Of a stretch of DNA of 40,897 bases, positions 7,954 through 16,780 are shown piece after piece. The notes below the pieces were generated by a model. The model was not told the origin of the DNA. It did not search any database and was given only the letters and a program-made list of their open reading frames with translations. Position numbers and translations under genes: made by a program. The stretch spans positions 1-40,897 of the IMG/VR virus record IMGVR_UViG_3300005573_000158, one strand, 5' to 3'. Numbering within the stretch: position 1 is the stretch's first letter; each line of letters begins with the position of its first letter. The DNA is from a virus (Duplodnaviria; Caudoviricetes).

Positions 7954-8117
7954 TCGCGTCTTATTGTATTGGTCGCGCGTTCAGCATACTGAACAGCGGG
8001 ATAGGCGTTTCAGTGGTAGTGAAACGCGTTGAAATTATTGCTGGTACAAAAAGGTTGCACAGGTGCTACAGGTTTTATAAGTATTAAGGCCGAATATGAC
8101 TATTTTAGGCTCATGGT

Positions 8118-8366
8118 GCGTATAGGCTTATACGTGCATTGAGGCCTCATATAAGCCTATACGCGCATTGACGCCTCAATATACACATGAGGCGTCAATG
8201 TACATTGACGCCATATATACCCATTGAGGCCTCATATAGGCCTATACGCGTGTTGACGCCTCAATATACATATGAGGCGTCAATGTATATTGAGGCCTCA
8301 CGTACATATTAGGCCTCAATATATATACTAGTATTAAATTTAATATAATAAATATATAATATATAC
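8118..8366. repeat. Iteron-like palindromic repeat cluster plus AT-rich tract, probable replication origin core
   Basis: About 9 copies of (CA)TTGA(C/G)GCCTCA in both orientations, an 85-bp higher-order duplication (8137, 8222), then near-pure AT at 8319-8366. Confidence 0.75.
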
Positions 8367-8651
8367 TTGTCTAGATAAGTAGTACTTACCATTGACTTAA
8401 TAGGTACCAATGGAGACTTGATATATATGGGGCGTTATAAGTACGTATCTAGAAATTTAGTACTAGATTAGTAAGTAAGTACTATTCTACAACGCTCCAT
8501 TATTCGGTTTGGTACCATTGATTTGATAAGGCTCCATTACTACAGGGGAGAGTAAGGGTTAATAGGGGGGGGCCGGGGGGAAAGAAGGGAAAGAGGGGGG
8601 ATGACCATGTGGTCAACGGCTTTGTTAGTGGGGTTTTAGGCGACATCGCCG

Positions 8652-8999
8652 AAAATGCCCCTAGAATGCCCTACAATCGATTTTCTATGTTCCCGGCTAT
8701 AATACCATTCCATCGACAATAAAATCCAACAGCGGGGCAGAGAGGGGCGAATTTCTCGAAATCCATGTGAGACGCGAAGTGCAAATAGCGATTCGCGGCA
8801 GGGTTGTGTGTGGGGTGGGGTATGGGGACGTTAAAAAATGGCTTGAATAAGCGAATATCGTCTAAAAGGCACCTAGAACCCCCTACAATCGATTTTATAT
8901 GTCCCCGGCTACAATACCATTCCCGGAATAAAAAAATCGCCCCACGGGGCAGAGAGGGGCGATTTTGGCGAAATCTATGCGAAACGCGCGATGTAAAAT
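8652..8999. repeat. Two diverged ~135-bp direct repeats, 212 bp apart
   Basis: CTAGAA...CCTACAATCGATTTT...CCCGGCTAYAATACCATTCC...CGGGGCAGAGAGGGGCGA at 8661 and 8873. Confidence 0.9.
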
Positions 9000-9010
9000 G
9001 CAGTACGCGG

Positions 9011-10828
9011 CTAGGGGGCAAGAATGTATTTATTGCGCGCAATCGATGATTCTAGCACGCCTTCTTGCAAGAGCTCTTGAATAACGCTCTTTACGCGGCT
9101 TCGCTGGTCAAATGTTGGTTTGGGATAGATGGCTGTGATGACCTCTTCGATGCTGTGCGGCTTCTTGTCGTCAAAGACCATAAACACTTCGGACTTGATG
9201 TCAGGCTTCTGCTCTACCGATTCGTCCACCACCCATCTGCAACCCTCTTGCAGCCCTATTTTTATCGAGCGATCAACGACGTCGCGCCCTGTGCAATACA
9301 GCTCGCCCATTAAGCTCATGCGATCCGGACGCTTGAGTATAAGGACGGCATCGCTTGCACCAGTAATACCAGTAGTACCACTAACTGCTTCTAACTCATC
9401 TTGCGTGGCTCCTTTTCGCAGGTGATGCACGGCCAATATTGATATTGAGCGCTCATGGGCAAGGGTGCGAAGCGCGGCTATTGCCATGTAATCGCTGAAA
9501 TACGCGTTACCTGAAGAGTCGCTATTCTCGCCTATGATCATTCCAAGCGTGTCGATTATGACAAGCCTGGTGTTGGGTTGGCGGTCGAGAAAGCGCCTTA
9601 AGTCGTCAAGCGCGTTTGGTAGAAACGACCATTTAGTGGCCACTCGACAATTATCGGGGGCAGCTGTGTTATGCAGGATCATGTGGAGGCGTTGTGCTAG
9701 TCGCCTGAATGGGTCTTCAAGTGCGAGAAGAAGCACATCGCATTTGCTTGTTGGGACAACGCCCATGGTCTGAGCACCTCTTGCAACGTCGAGAGCCCAT
9801 TGGAACGAAAGCCACGATTTCCCTATTTTTGGCCTTCCAGCGAGTATAGTAAACCCTTCGGGCAGAATTTCTGAAATAATGAACGACGGGGTCTCAAATT
9901 CACTATGCTGAATTTCTGCCGTGGATAATATTTCAACTTCCAGGGTCTCCCGTCGCTGCTCGACTTCCTCCGGAAGTAGCTGGTTTGCTCCGTTTCTTAT
10001 CACCATGCTCATCCTCTGATCTACCCTCCGATCACCCCATTTCACTATTCGTTCTACTTCAGAATCCTGAAGGGGTGGCGAACAACACGAACGATTCCAA
10101 GCGTTTGCAGCTTCAAACAAAGCCTGTCCGCTAAAACCTCGTTGTTTCAAATCCTTAACGATATACACGAGCGTGCGATGTCGCCGTCCTTCCCCAACCC
10201 ATCCTGTGTTTATGCACGGCCCCACGTAATCATTGAAGCTTCTAGGCGGGGCTTCGTTCAATCGGTATGCTTCGATAAGATCGCTTATGTCGTATGTTGC
10301 TTGTTCATTGACTTCGACGATCCTACTTACAAATGGCTCTCTTTTCCAATGCACGAACCCAGGAACACGCATTACTCTGCTTATGTCCTTACAAGCTTCA
10401 TCTCCCCCAAATCTTCTTGTTAGCGAATCCTGAAATCTCGGGAAATCTTCAAGACTTATGTTTGAAGCCCGCCAGTAATAGTGATATCTGCCTGGCGATG
10501 ATTCAACGATCATTGTTGGGGGTAAGGGGAAATCATCATGCGGTTTTTCTCTTTGTTCATCGACGTCAACAAACAAGCATGTTGCCTGAGTTATATTATT
10601 AGCGCTTCTCCCTTGTCCATCGCCTATATTGACTGTGCAAAACACCCCTTGTCCCAAGGAGTTTGATTGAATAAGCCAAGATTTTCTTTCATCGAGCTTT
10701 CCGTATTTCCATACTGGCCTTTCCTTGCACCCTTGGCGTTCTGGGATCAGCTGCCAGCATGGAAATGGGTTCCCTATTGTCGCCAGAAATGTTTCTGCAT
10801 ATGCGAGATTCTGCATACTTTTCTCCAC
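9011..10828 (-). CDS. Primase-helicase fusion (RepB'-like primase, PriCT-1, AAA_25/RepA-like helicase)
   Basis: FVDVD, ESSPGRYHYYW, DISRVMRVPG; GEGRRH...PPL..SEV; Walker A AGRPKIGKS, Walker B LVIIDT, VHHLRK, SGTTG. Confidence 0.9.
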   Translation of the reverse strand: MEKSMQNLAYAETFLATIGNPFPCWQLIPERQGCKERPVWKYGKLDERKSWLIQSNSLGQGVFCTVNIGDGQGRSANNITQATCLFVDVDEQREKPHDDFPLPPTMIVESSPGRYHYYWRASNISLEDFPRFQDSLTRRFGGDEACKDISRVMRVPGFVHWKREPFVSRIVEVNEQATYDISDLIEAYRLNEAPPRSFNDYVGPCINTGWVGEGRRHRTLVYIVKDLKQRGFSGQALFEAANAWNRSCCSPPLQDSEVERIVKWGDRRVDQRMSMVIRNGANQLLPEEVEQRRETLEVEILSTAEIQHSEFETPSFIISEILPEGFTILAGRPKIGKSWLSFQWALDVARGAQTMGVVPTSKCDVLLLALEDPFRRLAQRLHMILHNTAAPDNCRVATKWSFLPNALDDLRRFLDRQPNTRLVIIDTLGMIIGENSDSSGNAYFSDYMAIAALRTLAHERSISILAVHHLRKGATQDELEAVSGTTGITGASDAVLILKRPDRMSLMGELYCTGRDVVDRSIKIGLQEGCRWVVDESVEQKPDIKSEVFMVFDDKKPHSIEEVITAIYPKPTFDQRSRVKSVIQELLQEGVLESSIARNKYILAP

Positions 10829-10853
10829 GTTTTATTTTTTCAAAGGTAGGAAC

Positions 10854-11624
10854 TCACAAATAGGCAGAATAAAAGGCGATATTGGCCTTGTCACAAAACC
10901 TTCTATTTCGCGCCACGAATTTATTTGGTTCGCTCTCGTGTGGAGGATGTATGTTACCTTGTGCCACAAACAAGAGGTCATATTCGTCGAAGGTAAAATC
11001 GTCCCCCAGCGCTGTTTTAAGATCAACATTCGGAGTCACAAACAAGGCGGCTTCGACTATGCCTATGAGGCTGTCGAGACGTTCTATCATGAGCTTCGCG
11101 TGATGGTCAGCAAAGCATACCCCCATGACTATGACATTCCTAGGAAGCAAAAAGCTCCTCGTTTCTTCCGGAAAGCGTGTGGGGATGATAAAATTAAGGC
11201 TAGGCGCTTCTCTTATAATTTCTAACACTTTACGCTTTATTCCCATTTCTACTGTTGGAGAAAATAGATCAGTGTACCTGCAGGCCAGCACTGTATTTTT
11301 ATGTCGCAATGCTGGAGTTGAAATATGAGCGCTTATTGCAGATGGGATTCCCCTTGTTGATTCGATGAAAAATGGGTATAGGTGTGGCATTGTCTTAAAT
11401 GAGCACATTTCGCAGCCCTCATTACACCCAAGGACAGGCTCCCATAACCAGTCGCTTAATTCATATCGAACTCGTTTAGATTCTTCTGGGCAGAAGTTGT
11501 CGTAATTTATACCAGATTTTCCATTTCCCAACACTTGGAACGGGAATTCCAAGTAATTGCTACAAACTTGGCGGGAAAAAGTGTTGATGCTACTTTGAAT
11601 TTTACTCTGGCGTCGTCCCTCCAT
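10854..11624 (-). CDS. DUF5131 (phage Gp37/Gp68-like) protein
   Basis: WEPVLGCNEGCEMC (CxxxCxxC) and TDLF motifs; start uncertain because of overlap with the upstream gene. Confidence 0.7.
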   Translation of the reverse strand: MEGRRQSKIQSSINTFSRQVCSNYLEFPFQVLGNGKSGINYDNFCPEESKRVRYELSDWLWEPVLGCNEGCEMCSFKTMPHLYPFFIESTRGIPSAISAHISTPALRHKNTVLACRYTDLFSPTVEMGIKRKVLEIIREAPSLNFIIPTRFPEETRSFLLPRNVIVMGVCFADHHAKLMIERLDSLIGIVEAALFVTPNVDLKTALGDDFTFDEYDLLFVAQGNIHPPHESEPNKFVARNRRFCDKANIAFYSAYL

Positions 11625-11830
11625 ATCCCTTTCACCTCGTGTATTTCGATGTTGTTGTCAGCGTCCAGTACCATGAAGTCTGGCGTGTAATATGTGTTTG
11701 GGGCGAGTTTGATCTTGATAATTTCGTACCCCCACCATTTTATTTCTCCGACGCTTCGTCGAAGGTCTAGGTACTCGGCGTACCTTTTCTCCAACTTGTT
11801 CATTCCTTGTTTGCGTTGAAAACCTTTCAT
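11507..11830 (-). CDS. DUF1064-like PD-(D/E)XK endonuclease
   Basis: MNKLEKRYA, YTPDF and HEVKG motifs. Confidence 0.8.
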   Translation of the reverse strand: MKGFQRKQGMNKLEKRYAEYLDLRRSVGEIKWWGYEIIKIKLAPNTYYTPDFMVLDADNNIEIHEVKGIWRDDARVKFKVASTLFPAKFVAITWNSRSKCWEMENLV

Positions 11831-11890
11831 GCAATCCCCCATCGAGTGCGACATGCGAAAAGCACATCGCACTCAGCCGAAAAAATATTA

Positions 11891-12286
11891 TCAGAACGGA
11901 ACGTCGTCGTCGTAATAATCGTCTGGGGTATAAGGCACATCATCTGGCGGCGGCATCTCGTAGGACTGGTCAGTTTGTCCTTTCTTGCCTCCTACGAAGT
12001 TTACGCGGTTAACCACAATGTCTGTGAACCAACGCTTAGTCTCGCCGTCGATAAACTCTCTGTATTCTATTCTGCCTTTAACCGCTAGTGTGTCCCCCAC
12101 TTTGACGTACTTTTCCGCCCAATCGGCCAGCCTGTTCCAAAGGACGAGATTGTGCCACTGCGTGCGTTTTTTGTCGTTATATACGTCACTTGTGGCAAGG
12201 CGGATTTTCGCTACTTTTTGCCCTGAAAGGGTTGTCCTTATCTGCGGGAGCGCTCCCACGTTTCCTACTAGCGTCACATCATTCAT
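11891..12286 (-). CDS. ssb: Single-stranded DNA-binding protein
   Basis: VTLVGNVG, RLATS, TQWHN, VKGRI and acidic tail DDDVPF. Confidence 0.96.
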   Translation of the reverse strand: MNDVTLVGNVGALPQIRTTLSGQKVAKIRLATSDVYNDKKRTQWHNLVLWNRLADWAEKYVKVGDTLAVKGRIEYREFIDGETKRWFTDIVVNRVNFVGGKKGQTDQSYEMPPPDDVPYTPDDYYDDDVPF

Positions 12287-13466
12287 AATTCCCTCCTTTT
12301 ATTTTTCCCCATGTGGTGCGTATTACCGGCTTAAATGCCTTTAATAGCTCTTGTTTATCTGCCTCTTCTAAAGCTTCGAAGAGCATTGACTGTTTTAATC
12401 TTGTCATTGAGGTTGTTAGAATCTCTGCGAGATCGTCCGTAGATGGGCACATTTGCGCCAACGCTTCTAGAAAGGCTCGTTCATCCAGGTCATAGCGAGT
12501 ATAGCTTTTTGGCCCATACAACACACCACCAGCGCTAATGGGGCCATTTTTCATTGTGAACTCCTTTACTCTCGCCTCTATCTCACTTGCGGCGTCTCGC
12601 ATGACCATTGCGGCCTCCATTGCGTATGAGTAATCAGCTCTTGTCGCCTCGCCGTTCAGCACGTTCCTTACGGCGTTTCTGAGCTCGTCAGTGCTTACGC
12701 TTTGGTGTAAAAAGGGGAGGTTATAAGAAGCTTGACATTCCTTCCCAAGAAACACGCAAGGTTGCCCAAATTGGTTTGTGCAATGCCTGCCCACCCTCGG
12801 GGTTGGCGGAGTTTTTGCAATATGCTTAAGTTTCGCCTGTATCCACCGCAGCATTGCATCTTTCGACTTGCGGAAGGCCACGTTTCCATATGGATCAATT
12901 ATTTGCAACGACCCATCTGGGTTGAAGAGGTATTGGCTCGTTATCACCCTTTTGGGTGCCCCCACATAAACTAGAGAGAAGCTTATGCGAGGTACGTTGA
13001 ATTTTGCCCTAGCCAACACCCCTGCGTACAAGTGTCGTTCGAACTCATTGTCCTTGACGTATCCACCACTCTTCCAGTCCACGACATGGATTGATTTTTC
13101 GTCGAGTTGAAATACGGCATCCAAGATACCGTGGAACTCTGAAGCCTCAGGCTGACATTCTCCTTCCGAGTTTGCATGAATGTGAAGCTCAAGCCCCACC
13201 AGCTCGCCATAGTCTATAGTCGAGGATACGGCAAAATCTACCCATGCCCTAAATGGGGAGGGGATTTCTGTGTCGCTTATTCGTCCTGAGAGATAATCCT
13301 GGATGTACTGATGAGCCAACACACCGGTTTCTGCTGCATCTGATTGACGATCCTTAAGCCCCACGTTGTAAATGAGGTCAGCCTTATATGGACACATCTT
13401 GAATGTTTCGTATTTTGTTTTACTCAGCGGGAGGAGCTGCATTTCCTTCCTCCTTTGGCTCGTCAT
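12279..13466 (-). CDS. PD-(D/E)XK exonuclease (RecB/Cas4-like)
   Basis: CP...GVLAH, GILDAV, VVDWKSG and three downstream Cys (possible Fe-S staple). Confidence 0.82.
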   Translation of the reverse strand: MTSQRRKEMQLLPLSKTKYETFKMCPYKADLIYNVGLKDRQSDAAETGVLAHQYIQDYLSGRISDTEIPSPFRAWVDFAVSSTIDYGELVGLELHIHANSEGECQPEASEFHGILDAVFQLDEKSIHVVDWKSGGYVKDNEFERHLYAGVLARAKFNVPRISFSLVYVGAPKRVITSQYLFNPDGSLQIIDPYGNVAFRKSKDAMLRWIQAKLKHIAKTPPTPRVGRHCTNQFGQPCVFLGKECQASYNLPFLHQSVSTDELRNAVRNVLNGEATRADYSYAMEAAMVMRDAASEIEARVKEFTMKNGPISAGGVLYGPKSYTRYDLDERAFLEALAQMCPSTDDLAEILTTSMTRLKQSMLFEALEEADKQELLKAFKPVIRTTWGKIKGGNYE

Positions 13467-14478
13467 CGCGTGCCGCCTCTTTTATGTAGTCGAACATAAA
13501 CTTTCTTAGCCAATCTACGTCGTTAATTTCATTAATGAAATCAACTCCTTTTACCTCTATGGCTTTATTGAGGCCAGCTTCGACAACGTCATTTGGAACA
13601 CCGTTTTGCTTCCCGAACTTTGCGATATTGGAAAGCAAAGTAAGTAGCCGTTTAGGGACGGAATCTGGGACAATAGACAAATTCTCGACATCATAGTAAT
13701 CGAGCCATAGGCTTGATTTCTTTGCAGTGAAAGCCGATAGTATATTTGCCACCGGCTGTGGGGATGCCTCATCCCAGTCCCAATCGACATCAGCAGAGGG
13801 TGTCAACCAATCTCGGATGTCGTTCACAAAGCCTTCATCCGGCAGGGTGGTTACCCTTCCATCCAGCGCTGAGCACCTTGTTTTCTCGACGTAAATCTTA
13901 TGGTCTCGATCCATTGCAAAGAACAGATCGAATTCATACTCAACCCCAGGTTTTTGTATCGGAAGCATTACTTTGCGTTTGTAGTCTATATGTCCTTGCT
14001 CGTCTTTTGCATTGGGGTATTTTGCCCTCATGGTGCAGATGATATGGGTTTTATTTTGCAGGATTTTGTGGAGTAATTTGTTGTAGAGCGGAGTGACCTG
14101 TCCCCAAGCTTGCAAAGGGGATTTGATGTTTGGCTTTTCTTCTATAGCCTTGGCTGTCTGGAGCGCGCCACCGACGCCGTCCCATGCGTGAGAAAAGGAG
14201 TCCAGGATTATGACCTCCGCCCCGGCCTGCTCAAATGCCTCGATAGCATCAATATAGTCTTTTGGGCTATAGCGTTCGAGGCGGATGAGCTTGAAGCGGT
14301 AGCCCTTCTCCCCATCCCACGCGTACATGGTGCTCGATCCATTTTCTGTATCAACGACACCAATCTTGGAGCCGAGATTAGATGCGATTTCCAGGGCCGC
14401 CAGTGTCTTTCCACACCCCGCTGGGCCATACAGCCCCAGTCTTAGTTTGAAATTACCTTTGACCGCTTTTTCGATCAT
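13420..14478 (-). CDS. AAA ATPase, Sak4-like recombinase
   Basis: GPAGCGKT, VDTENGS, ILDSFSHAW, CTMRAK and EYEFD; located next to an exonuclease and SSB. Confidence 0.85.
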   Translation of the reverse strand: MIEKAVKGNFKLRLGLYGPAGCGKTLAALEIASNLGSKIGVVDTENGSSTMYAWDGEKGYRFKLIRLERYSPKDYIDAIEAFEQAGAEVIILDSFSHAWDGVGGALQTAKAIEEKPNIKSPLQAWGQVTPLYNKLLHKILQNKTHIICTMRAKYPNAKDEQGHIDYKRKVMLPIQKPGVEYEFDLFFAMDRDHKIYVEKTRCSALDGRVTTLPDEGFVNDIRDWLTPSADVDWDWDEASPQPVANILSAFTAKKSSLWLDYYDVENLSIVPDSVPKRLLTLLSNIAKFGKQNGVPNDVVEAGLNKAIEVKGVDFINEINDVDWLRKFMFDYIKEAARDDEPKEEGNAAPPAE

Positions 14479-14639
14479 CTTACCCTCCTTTCAATTGCCT
14501 TTTCTAGATCGCTTGTTCTGTAGAGGATTTTCCGCCCAATGCGTAGAAAGGGAATCTGTCCACGTTGGCGGAGCCGATACATGGTTTTTGGCGAAACCCG
14601 CATCTGCTTTGATGCTTCTGATTCCGTCATTATGCGCAT
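14475..14639 (-). CDS. Excisionase-family HTH protein (not in ORF track)
   Basis: MRIMTESEASKQMRVSPKTMYRLRQRGQIPFLRIGRKILYRTSDLEKAIERRVR, an HTH_17 pattern; AAGGAGG upstream; ATGA-coupled to the next gene. Confidence 0.9.
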   Translation of the reverse strand: MRIMTESEASKQMRVSPKTMYRLRQRGQIPFLRIGRKILYRTSDLEKAIERRVR

Positions 14640-14659
14640 AATCTCCCTCCTTTACCGTA

Positions 14660-14815
14660 TTCTGCGTCATGCGAAGCGCATTTAGCGTATCATAAATCCT
14701 TTGTCAAGAGAAAAATGGACTGTAACGGACTGGAGCGGACATTTTTTGTGTAAAATCTCTTGACAGTACGAACAGGTTATGCTATTGCATAATACGAAAC
14801 GTAGTTCGCATCGGG
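14660..14815. promoter_or_regulatory. Lysis-lysogeny switch with back-to-back promoters and operators
   Basis: TTGACA on minus (14707-14702) and plus (14760-14765); palindromes TGCGAAGCGCA (14670) and TACGAAACGTA (14793); GGAC x3 at 10-bp spacing. Confidence 0.75.
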
Positions 14816-14824
14816 AGGAATAAG

Positions 14825-15418
14825 ATGGGATCACCGCAAGAGTTTTGGGAGTTCCTTAAGAAGACTAGAGGAACAGACCCAGTCACCGGAGGGGAGGAAA
14901 GCTTGCGGCGATGGGCCGCAAGGCTCAATGTTGACATTAACAACCTCATTAGCTGGAGTAGGGGTGGGCGCGTCTCGCCGAGGCTAATCAAGCAGGTTGT
15001 AGAAGCGCTCGGCCTCCCAGATCATGAGTTTTACAAGCTTGTAGAGCTATCACAACCAGAAGCGCCGCCTCTGGAAGCATCGGAGCCGATTCCTATTTTC
15101 AGGTTTAAGACTCTTACCGTAGAAGATGGGAGGGTTATGGGTGAGAGGGTTGGCAGTGCCAGATTCCCTAGCGATCTAATTTCTGACGATGACTGCATCG
15201 GGGTGAAGCGTGGCAACGGAAAGGGGTTTGTGCTATACCTAATAAAGCCAGGGACAGACGACATAACTGATGGCGATAAGGTGTTAATCAGCGGGTATCC
15301 TCACACCCTCAATAGGCTGACTCCTTTTCCGCCAGCGAATCTTTCAAGACACGAGAAGGTCGCGGGTAGGGTACTAATCGCAATTCACGGTTATCGAGGC
15401 GCAAGATGGCCCTCCTGA
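14825..15418 (+). CDS. Putative CI-like repressor (N-terminal HTH)
   Basis: SLRRWAARLNVDINNLISWSRG..P XRE-like HTH; divergent from the lytic arm; beta-rich C-terminal domain. Confidence 0.75.
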   Translation: MGSPQEFWEFLKKTRGTDPVTGGEESLRRWAARLNVDINNLISWSRGGRVSPRLIKQVVEALGLPDHEFYKLVELSQPEAPPLEASEPIPIFRFKTLTVEDGRVMGERVGSARFPSDLISDDDCIGVKRGNGKGFVLYLIKPGTDDITDGDKVLISGYPHTLNRLTPFPPANLSRHEKVAGRVLIAIHGYRGARWPS

Positions 15419-16509
15419 TATATTGCAAATCATGCAAGCGCCTCTTTCCTTTGTCGAGGGGCAAATGCTACTGCGGCAAAATTCCGCAACAACGTATTTA
15501 TTATCTTGAGTGGTGGCAGGAAGGCAAGCGCAAGCGCAAGCGCCTTGGCGACATCGGCATATATGCTGCGCGCGACGCAGAACGAAAAGTTGCGCTTGCG
15601 AAGAACACTAATCGTCAGACAATGGTAAAAGTCGGTGGCAAGAGCGTTTCGTTGAGTGACGCAATAGACGAGTTTTTGCGAAGGAAACAAACGCAGGGAC
15701 TTACAGAATTAAGCCTTCAATCAAACTATACCAAAGCCAAGATTATTCAAGAAAATTTAGGAATTGCTGAACTCTCGGAGCTGACGAGGGAAGTAATAGA
15801 TAGGTTTATCGCCAAACTATCGGAGACCAGAAAGCCGTGGACTGTGTCGCTCATCGTTTCGAGGCTAAAAGCGATTGTATCTCCATATGTTGACATGGAG
15901 ATATTTTCTGGCATAAAATTTGCTACGCCCCCAAATAGGACTGATTATTACTCCGAGAGCGAGGCGAGACGGCTTCTCAAATGGTTGGCTGAACATGACC
16001 AAATCACATACGAACAGACCTACCTTATGTTGCTTACTGGGTTAAGGAAAAGCAATGTATTTGGGTTGAAGTGGGATATGATTAGCATGAGAGATCGGTC
16101 TATTACTGTTATAGCTAAAGGGAGGAGAAAGCATGTAGTCTATTTTGATAAACATTTTGCTGAACTGCTGTCACAAAAGGGGGACAGGGAAGGGTACATC
16201 TGGCCTTCGATACGAAACAAAGATGCTCCGTATAATCGTCAGACGTTTAGCCTTGCATTAGAGTCAGCGATGAAACAGGCGGGGGTGCGCAGGCTGCGAG
16301 TCCACGATTTGCGACACTCTGCAGCAACATTATTGCTAAAAAAGACTGGGAACTTGGCATTAGTACAAAAACTGCTGGGGCATTCTTCGATCACACAGAC
16401 GACGCGTTATGCGCATGTTATGGATTCTCAATTGAGAGAGACGCCGAATATCTTGAGCGAGATCATAACCAAGAACACCGACAGTAAAACAGACAGTGAG
16501 ACTTCTTAA
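15406..16509 (+). CDS. int: Tyrosine integrase
   Basis: TGLRKSN, HDLRH and LGHSSITQTTRY give the R-H-R-H-Y catalytic set. Confidence 0.96.
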   Translation: MALLIYCKSCKRLFPLSRGKCYCGKIPQQRIYYLEWWQEGKRKRKRLGDIGIYAARDAERKVALAKNTNRQTMVKVGGKSVSLSDAIDEFLRRKQTQGLTELSLQSNYTKAKIIQENLGIAELSELTREVIDRFIAKLSETRKPWTVSLIVSRLKAIVSPYVDMEIFSGIKFATPPNRTDYYSESEARRLLKWLAEHDQITYEQTYLMLLTGLRKSNVFGLKWDMISMRDRSITVIAKGRRKHVVYFDKHFAELLSQKGDREGYIWPSIRNKDAPYNRQTFSLALESAMKQAGVRRLRVHDLRHSAATLLLKKTGNLALVQKLLGHSSITQTTRYAHVMDSQLRETPNILSEIITKNTDSKTDSETS

Positions 16510-16780
16510 CATACTAAGATAATTGACGATTCAGTGCGTTAGAAATATTGTCCTAATCTGACAATTTATGCTTTTTGAAGCACTTCGGAAATGTCCTAAC
16601 CGCTTGATTTGATTGACAAAGTCATTGATAATTTTAGGCGTCAATGAGGGGAAAATAGGATTTTCTTGTCTAAATCTTGCATTTTATAAGTTGTTGATTT
16701 CGTGGACAATCGTGGACTCTAGTGGACTAAAACGGACTAAACCAGACACGTCATAGACAGTATTTAGACACTGGGGACTG
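16477..16780. other. Putative attP
   Basis: Arm-like repeats ACCGACAGT/ACAGACAGT (16477, 16489) and ATAGACAGT/TTAGACACT (16753, 16764); exact IHF consensus on minus at 16597-16609 and 16687-16699; ATTGTC-7bp-GACAAT at 16547-16565. Confidence 0.7.

Noticed and set aside
8671-9049. ORFs 8671-9042(-) and 8804-9049(+)
   Set aside because: They translate the 135-bp repeats and show no protein-like features.
12279-13466. Cas4 as part of a CRISPR system
   Set aside because: The Sak4-like ATPase and SSB context indicates a phage recombination exonuclease.
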